Assembly: GCA_040285825.1 (NCBI GenBank)
Contig: JAUPSS010000001.1
Location: 2,170,001 to 2,234,000 of the forward strand
Direction of reading: 5' to 3'
Origin: Eukaryota sp. TZLM1-RC
Lineage: Eukaryota; Protista; Metamonada: BaSk clade
DNA length: 64,000 bases
A program made the translations under genes and the position numbers. A model generated the notes under the pieces. The model ran no database searches and was not told the DNA's origin. It saw only the letters and a list, made by a program, of their open reading frames with translations. This document shows positions 46,990 to 58,620 of this stretch, in pieces; the stretch's first letter is position 1, and each line of letters opens with the position of its first letter.

Positions 46990-47712
46990 TTGCTAAACTT
47001 GTACCAACATTTTTGCTAAACTTGAACTTTCTAAAAATTTTATCATAATACAACATCCTGAAGGCGATAGTGCTAGAGTGAATGATATCAGTCCCCTACA
47101 AAGAAGTTCTTCCTTCGGAACCCAAAAGATGGAGTAACGAACAAGGCTTTGCTTTTCCCTTATATGCTCATAAACTTGGTGTCTCTGTGTATTTACGATG
47201 TTGCTGTTGTGCTAATCAATGAAACCTAATCCTCAATGAAACTTTTATTGAACAATTTCCTATTCACTTACAAGAACTGGATTTGTGGACCAACTAGTTA
47301 TTTCAAAAAGCTGTTGATTATATCGAACAAAGCTTACTACCAGTTGGAACTGAATTTTTACATTGCTTCACAGACCATTTCACTCATTTCAGTAGCTACA
47401 CCACATCTTGTGTTGAATCAAATCATGCAGAGCTGAAAAGGAATCGAAAGAAGGCAAGAAGATGTGGTAATTGTGGTAGAGAAGGGCACGACTATGTGAC
47501 TAAGTGTACGCTCCCTTGCGGTATATGTGGTGTAAGCGATCATAAGAAAAAGGATTGTCCAAAGAACCAGAAGCATAACAAGAACATAGCATGAGAGACT
47601 ATCTGGAGTGTTCTAGTAGTTTGAGTTGTTATAAAGAGTCTAAGTTGATATGGTACAAGGTTAGACATTTTCAGTGCAAGTTTAGCAAAATTTATTGGTA
47701 CAAGTTTCGCAC
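46990..47712 (+). mobile_element. Internally deleted Mutator (MULE)-like DNA transposon
   Basis: Imperfect inverted repeats tgctaaacttgtaccaacatttttgctaaacttg (~46991-47024) and caagtttagcaaaatttattggtacaagtttcgca (~47677-47711). Internal HFSSYTTSCVESNHAELKR (MULE third-catalytic-Glu region) followed by CGNCGREGH and CGICGVSDHKKKDC knuckles. Confidence 0.75.
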
Positions 47713-48569
47713 TTTTAGCTATCGGTGTACAATATGAACGTAATGCTGTGAGTAGGTTCAGTAATAGTGACGCTTGTTTGGAGGATATTGAATTCTAGAT
47801 GGTTATTTTTTCTCAATAAATATTCCAGTTTTTTTTAAAAAAAAGTTTCGCAAGACCCTAAAATCCAATTAATAAAAAAATTATGACTATCTTAATAAAT
47901 GGATTTTATTGAACCAAACAGATGGCATATAATCTTGTTCAGCAGCTCTTTGGTTTCATATAGCTGCGTGAAATAAAATTCAGCTTTTTGTCCAAACTGC
48001 AGAAGCATGGAGACCAACTGGATAAAGGTGAGAGAGAATGCCTCTTCATAACCTCAGGGCAGTTATCTTCTGGAAAAAATACAACATTCGGTCCTGACTA
48101 ATAGATTATGGCTGCAGTTTCCATATTGATGTTAAATCGTTCATTTCTGATCGAGGATTCCAACATATTTGAAGACCCAACAATATAGGCATTTGGTGTC
48201 TTAATTAGCCAGTTGGTCAAAATATGTTGGTACATTTCTTGATACCATTGTAAAATGATATCATCCAACTGAAGATCTTTAAGTATACACAATAATTGGA
48301 AAGGAATGGGTAGTTTTTAGTGATATCAACACCACAATCAAGTCAACACAATAACGCTACTTCGAGATCGAATATACTAGTAAACAAAACACTGTTCTGC
48401 CAATAAACGTGCATTTCCTTGTGCTTAACTGTATTATTACCTAAATTGAATTATATAATAAATGGAAAAGACAAATATGATCGATGTGTTTGAATGATGT
48501 CAATATCATTAAATTGCTAGATACTATTATGGAAAAATAAATACAAAATATAGTTTATTAGACACTATA

Positions 48570-49748
48570 TCAAGTACATTTGATCAAAAAATCATGATGA
48601 TCAGGATCAAAATGAAAGTAGTTAAGAACATCATTAGTACCGACCAGAGCTTGCAACTCAGGGAAATGAAATTGTAACTTCTCCGTCCCCTCATCGAGGG
48701 CCTCTTCTATTGATTCAATAACCAATTCTTTCACCTTTGAAAATGATTTGTGTGTTAAATCATGAACCAAAAGGTTGGTCAGCCGATTGACATAAAGATA
48801 TTGAACACTGTCAAAAGGCTGAAAAACACTACAATTGTGCAAAGATAGTTTCATAACATTGGGACAGTGGAGCCTTAAAGTATAGTTAATATTATACAAA
48901 CAAAGTTTTTTGACATATGGAAAGGAGCAATGTAACTGAGAAGTGGAAAGAAACGGACAATCATCAACTTCCAAAGATAAGAGTGGTAATGAGGTGAAGT
49001 AGTTTACGATTGCCAACTCGGAGCAACCAACGATTATAAGATTATTGATGTGTGGAGGCAGCTGTATCGTATTTACTTCAGGGCAAAACTTAAGTGTTAA
49101 TTTGTAAAGAGAAGTACATGATGAAAGATTAATGTTAGTAAAATTGCAGAAACTGACTGACAAAACAGTAAGTGTTGTGGGAAAATGCAAAAGTGTACAG
49201 TTGTTGAGTGAAAGCTGCTTCAAGCACATGAGTAGATTGTCAATAGCCCAATGATGAACATTCGTGAGCTCCAAATATGCAATCCTGGAATCAATGTGTG
49301 GAGAAGTAGAAACTGAGCAAATATTGGACAGTTTCAGTTGACGTAGTGTATGTGGAAGTACGTCGATATTGAGGTGCTGGGTATTGAATACTTCCAACTG
49401 TACAAGATTTTGCAATTGAAAAACCCTAAAAGCATCTGACATAAAAAGACTGAATTGATTGCGCAATTCTAAACCAAAAATGGGCAAAGCAATGTTTAAG
49501 GATGTAAGAGAGTCAACACAGTGCAAAGTAACACCACTGAAAGTATAGTTATGCAACAACGACAACCAGTGTCGTTCAGAACAGAGATTGATACAAAGTG
49601 GAGTTCTAGAGAGTGCCCAACAAGAATCTAGAACAAAAGATTTACTTACTTGTATATACTTGTAGAATGTGGTAACAAGTAGAGAAGTATGATGTCCAAG
49701 TGATCTTAGGGATGTCAAAATCACACGTTTGCGACAACTGGAGAACAT
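48570..49748 (-). CDS. Leucine-rich-repeat-like protein
   Basis: 392-aa ORF with repeated LxxLxLxxC and LPxxLxxL units. Confidence 0.7.
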   Translation of the reverse strand: MFSSCRKRVILTSLRSLGHHTSLLVTTFYKYIQVSKSFVLDSCWALSRTPLCINLCSERHWLSLLHNYTFSGVTLHCVDSLTSLNIALPIFGLELRNQFSLFMSDAFRVFQLQNLVQLEVFNTQHLNIDVLPHTLRQLKLSNICSVSTSPHIDSRIAYLELTNVHHWAIDNLLMCLKQLSLNNCTLLHFPTTLTVLSVSFCNFTNINLSSCTSLYKLTLKFCPEVNTIQLPPHINNLIIVGCSELAIVNYFTSLPLLSLEVDDCPFLSTSQLHCSFPYVKKLCLYNINYTLRLHCPNVMKLSLHNCSVFQPFDSVQYLYVNRLTNLLVHDLTHKSFSKVKELVIESIEEALDEGTEKLQFHFPELQALVGTNDVLNYFHFDPDHHDFLIKCT

Positions 49749-49901
49749 ATTTTGGAATCATGTAAAAATGTTATAAGTGAGATAAATTATTTAAGCACAA
49801 TTTTCTTAATTTTTAGTTGTATTGTAGATTTAAGCCTTAGGGCGCCAACAAATATTGTATTGTAGATTTTTTTTAATTTTTTTTTATTAAAAACCTATAA
49901 A

Positions 49902-50640
49902 TCAACATCTAAATATTCCATCTCTCTCAAAACAAAACAACCTTGATGCAACTCTCTCATAGTGAGATCCAAGAGAAAGCAAAGCATCAGAAACCACCTT
50001 CAACATCCCCTTAAAAATAGAAAACACAATTCTATTTTGCCAAAACAATCTGTTGAAATTTCTGTTAGTTCTTCTCTTTACAATCAATTCAAAATCTGCC
50101 AAAAAACATATAGCCGTTGGAGCAAGTGAACCAAATAAAGAAAATACAAATGGATACAAATTGCATTTTGCATGCTGATGACTGGACAATTTGGACAAAG
50201 GTTTATTGTATTGTTTGATTTTGAAATTTTCAGTATTTGAAAGAGGATTATGAATTTCAGAATTAACAAGCCTTTCATTTGAGGCATTACAAGGATCAAC
50301 AGACATTACATCAGATCAAATGAAGGTTTCATCTAAGCCAGGTAATATTACATCACTTCTAATATTATTATGAAAATCATCTTCAGTATCAAACAGATTT
50401 GACAACAAAGGTTCCAAAAAGGATTCAATTCTATATGAGACTTACACATACAATATAATTGGTCTCATACAGCATCGTGAACCTTGCTTCTAAAAGTACT
50501 AAAATATTTACAATTTAACAAATGAGTAATTGTAATTTTTCGAGAACATTTACAAATTAAATTATGAGGTAAATTATCAGGCCAGATAAATGAACGAAAT
50601 CTCATATTCAAAGTCCAAGCAGAAGCAGGCCAATCAAGAT
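49902..50640 (-). mobile_element. Degraded CRE-like non-LTR element, 3' part
   Basis: Homologous to 2340-3060: CKC..HLLNC..FRSKVHDAV, ESFLEPLL, RSDVILPGLD, PFVFSLFGSL, FWQNRIVFSIF. Confidence 0.75.
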
Positions 50641-50705
50641 TATGTGGTTACTTCTTAGATAATAATCAATGTGGAATTATCAATTGTCCAACTGGCAGAA
50701 GATAC

Positions 50706-51248
50706 ATGACAAAACCTTCACCCAGTAAACACTCTCCCAACCAATATTCCGTTCAAAATTTCAACCAATATTTGAACCATTGGAATTTGGTCAGGAGGAA
50801 AGTGTACTTGGAAAGTAATCGCCAGAAATGGAAAATAATTAAATTTGATAACCGCAGACGAAAAGGGAGACGGTTCAGGGAGAGTCTCACCAAATTTCAA
50901 AGGCTGGCTGGACATCCTGATAAACTCCATCATGCTGTGGGTTCTGCTAATTTCCCTTTTCATTGCCGAAAAGTCAATCGATATGGATCCGCAAGGGCTT
51001 TCAGAAAATGGTTGTGTTATCAAACGGACGTGAAGCACTTGCCAACCGGTGAATTTAATACAAGCAAACTGTCAAGTTGTTGCATGGCCAAGAATATTCA
51101 AGCAGGCTCATGGCAGATGCGTATTTGTACTGAGTGTCAAATAGTACATGACAGAGATATTTCCGCTGCAAAAAATATTCAAATTAAGAAGAAAGCGGAA
51201 TTGTGGCCGGAAAGATACATTTGCCAAGAAGCTCTATTGAGGAGATGA
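50706..51248 (+). pseudogene. Fanzor/TnpB-like nuclease, C-terminal fragment (RuvC-II, Zn finger, RuvC-III)
   Basis: HAVGSANF..., TGEFNTSKLSSCC, ICTEC, HDRDISAAKNI, WPERY. RuvC-I is absent; the 5' side abuts a CRE fragment. Confidence 0.85.
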
Positions 51249-51334
51249 ATGGGGAATCTGAGCATACAAAAACAAAAACTTTGGAAAAGCTGATATTTTA
51301 TTTTGAGTTTTTTATTTTAATATTGATTTTTTTG

Positions 51335-51555
51335 AACAACTTTTGAGACCGATCTACAAATGCCTTAGTAGCATTTGGTAGATCCACTTAGATACACCAA
51401 GTCGCGAGGCTTTGCTCTGCGAAAGCAGTCGGTGTATTTCAGTGAGGTAGCCCATTGATGAAGATCATGATTGTGTTTGTCAAATGACGCTACATGTCTC
51501 TCTTACAGCATGTGAGTAGACACTGAGAAAGTGGAAAACAGAAGTGAATTTCACA
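51335..51555 (+). ncRNA. Structured RNA-like element (candidate Fanzor omegaRNA, or a 5.8S rRNA-like sequence with insertions)
   Basis: Hairpin GATCTAC-AAATGC/GCATTT-G-GTAGATC (51351-51384); junction GATACACC..GGTGTATT enclosing two GNRA-capped stems (AAGTC-GCGA-GGCTT and CTGC-GAAA-GCAG); hairpin TGTCT..CTTACA/TGTGAG.AGACA. Confidence 0.55.
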
Positions 51556-51568
51556 GGGGAATGCATGA

Positions 51569-52439
51569 TAAGTGAAATTCATAGTACCTTCAAGGTACCG
51601 TATATTGGTTAGAATTGGTTCAAAAAATAGTGGGAATTTTGGGAATTTTTTGAAAAATTCCCAATTTAAAAATTCCCACTTATTTTTAAACAGTGTTTAC
51701 ACGTGTGCACTTTTTGGTAACACGTGTCAAATTTTAAAGACAAACATTTATAAGCAAAATTTAAACCAAACTACAATCATTCATACTCTTTGTTCTTTCA
51801 CCATATACTCAGCAAGTTCAAAATGGCGTTCCATAGGCCAAGGATTATATGAAGACTTGGCCTTGTCAATGTTGGTGAGGTTGCAGGGTGATTGTAGCAC
51901 GTCTTTCGCCGTTAAACGATCCTCAGGTGGAAGATGTTCCAGCACTTCTTCAGCAGTGTCGACGTTCAAGACGTCCAAAGTGGTAGATCGTTCAGGAAAA
52001 TACTCATATAGACGTCTTTGTTTTAAAACAGGTTCAAGGGCTTTGTCAGGACTGTTCATCAGGTGAGAGATAAAAAAGAGGGTTGTTTCGTCTTCGTGGT
52101 CCAAAGTGGTTTATTATCTTGTCTGCCAGCCCTTGGCTTTTTTCTCTTCTTAAAAGAACGTTTTGTTGATTTGTGATTTATCAAGCATATACATAGACGA
52201 AAACCATGTCTAACATTTCAATATGGAGCAATAGTTGATACATTTAGTGTTTCTATAAAATTTTGTTATCTGTGTTTACTCAACTTTGCACAAATATGAC
52301 ATACAACAATTTGAGAAAAACATTGGGAATATTGGGAACCTTTTGAAAAGTTCCCAATATTTTATTTCCCACTTATAAAAAATTCCCACTATTTTTTGAA
52401 CCAATTCTAACCAATATACGGTACTATGAATTTCACTTA
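51569..52439. mobile_element. Unclassified non-autonomous element with ~60-bp-plus terminal inverted repeats
   Basis: taagtgaaattcatagtac[cttcaaggtac]cgtatattggttagaattggttcaaaaaatagtgggaattt is inverted at 52379-52439; subterminal gggaa/ttccc repeats; the terminal TA may be a TSD; internal 107-aa ORF remnant on the minus strand. Confidence 0.8.
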
Positions 52440-52604
52440 AGGTACTACCTTGATAACTGATCTCTTTCAATAACAACAAAATCTACCTGTTCATATTCTA
52501 GATCAATGGTACGACAAAAAGTACTGATAATTACAATAAACATTTATTAAGCCCCTTCGATAAACAGGGTTAAAAACACAAAAAAAAACAACGACTAAAT
52601 AGAT

Positions 52605-53585
52605 TCAATAGAAATCATTACTAAAACCAGATAGTGAAATATCATCAAAGGAGGTACTGATCTTATCTTCATCTCCGAGACCAAGAGAAAGAGAGAAAGT
52701 ATCATCATACGGTAAAAATGATGTACTCACTTGGGAAAAATCGGGTACTGAAGTTTCGTCAACGGGTTCTGATCCTTCTTGTTTCACTGGAGTATAACCA
52801 GGTAAAGGAAGAGACGCTGACTGTGTAGAAACCATAACAGCTTCAGGCGTTGGTATCTGTGGATGTGGATGAGTATAAACCTGTGAAGGGTGAGGATTAA
52901 CGGATTGAGAGGGCAAAGGTTGTTGGACAGAACCTTGGGAAGCGTCTGTTCGGAGATTTGGACGAGTAGATAACCCAGCCTTTGCGAGTCGTCTCTTCAA
53001 AGTGGACGAAGAAACGTGAAGTCCTTGGGTACGCAAAGTACTCAAAATCTCATCTTGAGTAAGGCCTTCTTGAACAAGAGCACGAAGCGTATCTTCAGGA
53101 ATTGTCTTGGGAGGGCGGCCTCTTCGCCTTTGTGACTTACTAGCTGGTGCAGGAGACATAAATCGTGAGGCAGCGGAATGAGTCATGGGTGATGGAACTA
53201 ATATGGGATACTGATAAGGACTGGAACCTGAGACAATAGGAAGCGCACCTTCCATGGGAGAAAACGACTGTGGGGGCACAATATAGAACACCATTGACTG
53301 ATCTAGCTGCGCTAACTGGGGATAGGCCATTGGTGTAAAATGTGAATAGTTACCGTGTGGCGGAATCTGATACGACGCATAGCACATAGCCTGATGAGGA
53401 CATGTAGGACATTTCTGGGGGGAGCATCGGTTACAATCTTCGATGGGCACAACAGAAGGTTTTTCCCCATGAAGCTCGGTCACTTGTGATGACTGTGTCG
53501 AGTCGTGCTGAGCTTGGGGTTTTGGTTGAGCAGGAACATCGACTTCGGCGTTGTGGTTTGGATAAAACGATGAATCGGCTTTCAT
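52605..53585 (-). CDS. Putative transcription regulator with AT-hook and Clr5-like HTH
   Basis: RRRGRPPK followed by IPEDTLRALVQEGLTQDEILSTLRTQGLHVSSSTLKRRLAKAGL; P/Q/S-rich flanks and an acidic tail. First in-frame ATG at 53585; the true start is uncertain. Confidence 0.7.
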   Translation of the reverse strand: MKADSSFYPNHNAEVDVPAQPKPQAQHDSTQSSQVTELHGEKPSVVPIEDCNRCSPQKCPTCPHQAMCYASYQIPPHGNYSHFTPMAYPQLAQLDQSMVFYIVPPQSFSPMEGALPIVSGSSPYQYPILVPSPMTHSAASRFMSPAPASKSQRRRGRPPKTIPEDTLRALVQEGLTQDEILSTLRTQGLHVSSSTLKRRLAKAGLSTRPNLRTDASQGSVQQPLPSQSVNPHPSQVYTHPHPQIPTPEAVMVSTQSASLPLPGYTPVKQEGSEPVDETSVPDFSQVSTSFLPYDDTFSLSLGLGDEDKISTSFDDISLSGFSNDFY

Positions 53586-53738
53586 ATCTGCAAACGTGAG
53601 TTTCTTAAATAGTTTTGAAAATTGAGCCAATATAGAGAAAGACCAAAAACAAGGTCAAAAGTCAAAAAGATTGATTGCAACACCTCATCATCTCACCATC
53701 CTCTTTGCCCTCAGCAAACTTTATATTAACATGGAACT

Positions 53739-55133
53739 ATGACCCGCAAACGTAAACGCCTTCATTACAAATGTCAGCTTTTGAGTCTTCCACATTCACT
53801 GTTATTTCGAATATGTAACTTGATGAATTCTCGTGATCTTTATTCATTGGCCTTGACTTGCCGTCCCTTATTTGAACTCTTTTGCAAATGGAAGTTTCAA
53901 CACAGAATTGTTTCAGTCTTTGGATCTCCATGCAATATCCACCATCAACCATTCTCTTGTCCTCTCTGTAATTCTCTTCCACGTCATTTATCTCTTTTCT
54001 CCGCAGCACCCCTTTTTGAGTCTTCTTTCGTTCCTTCTGCTCAACCCCAACCCACTCCCTTATCCACTGCCCGTAAGATCTCATCATTTGCCTACCGTTC
54101 TGATCCCAGTGAAATCATCGCCGTTGCTACTAAACAACCAGCCATTTTTGCATATTCTTCATCTGGTTCACTCCTTCAAACAATACCTTTCCATCACTAC
54201 TTTATCCCCTGTGCTGTTTACGTAAGCTCAACACAGACACCCTCTATCTTTATAGCCGGCACGGACTGCACAGTCCGTTATTATTCACTTTACCAGACTA
54301 AAGGCTCTGAGGCCACCCCTAACCATACTCCAACCATGGAGTTTACAGAACTGTACAATAACTATGTAGTTGCTAGTTCTGAATCAGGTTTCACTTATTT
54401 TTCTAGCAACACAACTAGCTCTGCCAGTGTAGATCAGAGAAGGATTTTTATTGACACTTGGGTACCTAAAGTTCCAAAGGGAAGACCTCAGCGTTTTTAC
54501 CACGATAAGGACCCTAGCTGTACCAAAACTTTTGCAGATAATCAAGTGATTACTCTTTTCACACGCCATGGTCTCTTAATATCTGACCTTCGATCACGTG
54601 GGAGTTTCCTTTCTAAAATGGAATATGGAGATCCTAATATCTCAAAGTTGATTAACACAATTAAATTATCTGAACACAAATACTTGTTGGTTACTGATTC
54701 CTCCATATTCACTATTGATACTAGAAATCTGACCCTCGATGACGTTTACAATCACGTGGAGGTTTCATCTTCAAAAATTGTTTGTGCGACCAGTTGGAAT
54801 TTTGGTCATGGAATGCTAATGGTTGGGACGAGTAACTCGAATTTGTCATTTTTCCAAATAAATCCTAATTTAGAAAAAATACATGAATCTAATTTACCTA
54901 ATCAAATCACTTCAATTGATTGCAAAAGGGGGTTAGTTGCCCTTTCTGCCGGTCAATTTGGCCTATCAAGTGTCTATGATTTGGCAGAAACAGTCAGTAA
55001 CAAGGAAAACGTGGCCAATGTTGTCAAATTTTATAATAATTCTGTTTCTCGCTCATTACATGCAGGAATTTCCCAAGACTCAAAATATGCCTTTTCTGCT
55101 GGTGATTTTATTTGCAAGTATGATTTAAGTTAA
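53739..55133 (+). CDS. F-box protein with a beta-propeller (WD40-like) C-terminus
   Basis: N-terminal F-box LLSLPHSLLFRICNLMNSRDLYSLALTCRPL; degenerate WD-like strands downstream. Confidence 0.8.
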   Translation: MTRKRKRLHYKCQLLSLPHSLLFRICNLMNSRDLYSLALTCRPLFELFCKWKFQHRIVSVFGSPCNIHHQPFSCPLCNSLPRHLSLFSAAPLFESSFVPSAQPQPTPLSTARKISSFAYRSDPSEIIAVATKQPAIFAYSSSGSLLQTIPFHHYFIPCAVYVSSTQTPSIFIAGTDCTVRYYSLYQTKGSEATPNHTPTMEFTELYNNYVVASSESGFTYFSSNTTSSASVDQRRIFIDTWVPKVPKGRPQRFYHDKDPSCTKTFADNQVITLFTRHGLLISDLRSRGSFLSKMEYGDPNISKLINTIKLSEHKYLLVTDSSIFTIDTRNLTLDDVYNHVEVSSSKIVCATSWNFGHGMLMVGTSNSNLSFFQINPNLEKIHESNLPNQITSIDCKRGLVALSAGQFGLSSVYDLAETVSNKENVANVVKFYNNSVSRSLHAGISQDSKYAFSAGDFICKYDLS

Positions 55134-56942
55134 TGGGTTGGATGTTTAATTCAGTAATTGATTATTAGAAATGGCCAGTGTTACTTAATTGGATTTACAA
55201 CGATCTTTTTATGCAGTGGGTGGTTGCATCTTTTTAGTTTGTAAATCATAAATTTTTTTTTATATAACGACGTTTATTATTATTATTTTCATTTATCTAA
55301 CACACAAATTGTCTATTTTTAGTTGTACTGAGCGCGAATTTTTTTAGGTTAAAAATTAATGACTATGTCGTTGTATAAAGTCTTGTTGATTTCATTCTAG
55401 AAAAAAATCCATATCCACCTATTTTCACAATGATAACTATTCAGTGATGAAGTGTTTGATGGTAAAAATTGTTTGACGTAAAAATTATCTTTATATTCAC
55501 CAAGTAAAATTGAATCTACAACAAACTGTTAAGCGTCAAAGTTTGAAACATAAACTTTTGGTATACTGGTAACAGACTTAGGTTCCACTTTACTCTGTTC
55601 AATCGAAGGAATTAGTTGTTTCAATGCCAAGGTGTACTCATTTTTCCAGTCTGGCTCCACTTTATTTGAATTTCATTTGGATGGTTATCACTAATATTCT
55701 CCTTTTGTTCACCTAAAACAAATTTGATTTATTATTATAACCATAAATTGTTGTGTTCAAAGCACCACTAAAGTAGGATCTTTTGAAGGAAACATTGGTT
55801 CTTTATTTCACAAATGTTTTACATTCAATGACAATAACTACATCATGCGTGAAATTATCTAATGATTGCAGTATTGATGAAATTGGTTTTTTGTTTAACA
55901 ATCGTCAACGGATTATTATGATGAATACTGTCTGTTATCAACAACACCCATTGTTTGATGTTGTTTCCCGTCGTTTGGGGTTGTGAACACAAATAAATCA
56001 AACTTACACGATGTCTTCATTTTGAGGGTGCAGTAGATTCACTATCTTCTATGTTGAATACATCGCCTTTATGGAAATTTGATAATTGAGCAAGATGCTC
56101 CTAAGAAACTGTGTCTTCAGAACATCTATTGGCACAATATGATAATTGAAGGGCCTTGAAAGGTACCAGTATAATGGTACTTGCTGTTTTTGATTTGAGC
56201 AAATTATATTTGATCAATTTCTTTCCACTGAACAGGTGCGATAAAAATGTGCAAGTATTACAAATAGTTTAAAGTGCCTTGTCGCTGACACTAAATCACT
56301 TTAAGAGCAAAGAGGACAAAAAATAAGAAAAACAAAAAAAGTAACAAAAAGTGATTCCACCACTTTTTTTAGACAGAATTTTAGTTCAGCAAAAATAATT
56401 TATATAAAAACTTCTGAGAAGAATGTTTTGAACTCTGATCAATATTGTGTTTCAGTTCCTCATTTAGTTTCAAGAAAATAACTTTGTACACACCAAATAA
56501 GTATTCAACGTGAAACTCAGGGGTTACTTCAAAAATTCACAATCATAACAATATAAACATTAGTTGAGCAGTTGTTTTTCACTTGTAAAGAAGCGAACAT
56601 AATATTAAATCCGATAGATAATATCTTTAAAAGTTGTTTGGTTTATTATTTTTATTACTGTTTATAGAGCATCAGACATGCTTTCGCTCAAACATGCATT
56701 TTGAGTTGCTGCTGAAGATTGATAAATGATAAGAGGTAATCGCCTTCAATTAGGACAGTGTACTTGACAGTGTCATTCTGACGTCTTATTATTATAATGA
56801 CCAGGTAACAATTTTGATTTTACAAATGTTAGGTTTATAGGTTTGGGAGGTTTTGTTGATGTTGCATTACCGTACCATTAATCCCTATTTGAACTATATC
56901 AGTAATTTGAGTTTTATTATCTGATAAAATATGTATTGAACA

Positions 56943-57021
56943 TGCACACTTAATTAAATTAATTTATAACTAATGAAACGAATATCATTGAACCAAGATT
57001 TCCTCTACAAAATCTTGATCT
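56943..57021 (-). repeat. Short 3'-end fragment of the CRE-like element
   Basis: Reverse complement of gatcaagattttgtagaggaaatcttggttcaatgata...aattaagtgtgca seen at 15194-15270 and 46515-46592. Confidence 0.8.
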
Positions 57022-58299
57022 TATTATTTTCTCTAATTTCTATTTGTAATTTTCAGCCAGCATGCAGAAGGTTTCCATGGACTGCAGTTCCAATGGTGGT
57101 ATGTAAATATTACTTAGTCCACCCTGTTTGTAACAAAGTTTGAACCATAAAAGGTTCGAAGAAAACAATTAAAAAAACAAAAAAGAGAAAACAATTTATG
57201 AACAGAATAATCTGAAACAAATTGTAGTTTGATAACTTAACATAAACGATTACAATATTCAGGAAAAATCATGTCAATGTCGTAGTCCAAAAGGAGGAAG
57301 GATTAACATTGACAATGTTTTGTGGCGAGAAAGGGTGTAATGACAAAATCTCGAACTGTAACATCTTAGAACTCAGTGTTGTCCAACAAATCCAGAAAAG
57401 TTCGCACAGTTCGAACATTTTGTTTTCAACATTCTTACCAATATTATAAACGGATTCAATCAACAAACCCACAATTTCACACTGCTATTTTTTGGCATTT
57501 CGATAGCAAATTTGAAACTAAACAGTGATTTTAGTGTTACTAAACTAGTGGAGAAAGAGTTTGTTGAATTTATAAGAACAAGTTTTGAACAACGAGTACT
57601 CAGTTTGACTTTGGTGATACTTTAACTTGTTATTGAATATCTATTTTTTATCAACACTTTCTCAATTTGGCAACAATTTGTCAAGCAAATTTAATATGCT
57701 TTTTCACATCACAGAAAACTTACAAAAGGTCGAATTTCAAAAAATATAAATGATGATTCTTTAATAATTCAAAATATAATTAAAATATTTCCATGATTTT
57801 ATCAATAATGCAATTGATTCTTATTACGCGTTGTTAGTTTCATGGACTGTTAAGAATATTGTCTGTTGCAAAAACGTTGTTACCAATAAATCACAGTTGC
57901 GAATCACAATTTTCCTTTTATTGAATAGATATCAATTACAAAGGATGGCATGCTGAATTTTGTGAGCAATTTCTCCATACAAGTTTTGGGGGAATATGAC
58001 ATCAGACTCAACAGTTGAACACTTCAACCACTACACCTACACCTCATTGAATAGAACACATTGAACAAAGACCTGTGCCAAGATTTGTTTTGATTGAATA
58101 TCTACTATTGCATCTCTACTTTTACCTGAATGAAAATTCGTCACAGTACACAAACTTTAATAAAACTACTGTTTAACACAACGCAACTTCATCTGATTGC
58201 CATGTTTTCGGAAACATTGTACAACTTTAATGTCCCTTTTTTGTCCATTGAGAACATGTTTCCACTTTTTTGAAGAATCTGCATATTTTTCCCGCATGT

Positions 58300-58620
58300 G
58301 TGTAACACTTCAAAGTGTGCATTGTTCAAGGCATTTTTCTTACATAAATCCATTGTAACAACAACAATAACATACATAACATCATCAAATGAATCCACAA
58401 CAACATCAGCACGCGTTCTTCATATTTTGAATCTCGGACCTTTTCATTCACATCAAGAGACCTCAACCATGGAGCTACAGATGATTCATTAAGATGACAA
58501 TCAAACATTACATCGTTTTGGTCTCTCACAGCATCGCACATTGTCAAACAATAGGTAATAAATCTGCTGCAATTAAATATTTTTGGAAATTTTACTTGAA
58601 TGCCACATTTACAATAGAGA
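58300..58620 (-). mobile_element. Highly degraded CRE-like fragment
   Basis: CDAVRDQ, ESSVAPWL and ERVLML remnants, with adjacent CKC..LNC-like DNA. Confidence 0.5.

Noticed and set aside
51572-52066. 164-aa plus-strand ORF
   Set aside because: Starts in the TIR and is antisense to the more protein-like remnant; no motifs
53588-53696. Possible 109-nt intron (GTGAGA..CTCAC..GCAG) upstream of the HTH gene
   Set aside because: Splicing to the adjacent ATG gives an immediate stop; cannot be supported without RNA data
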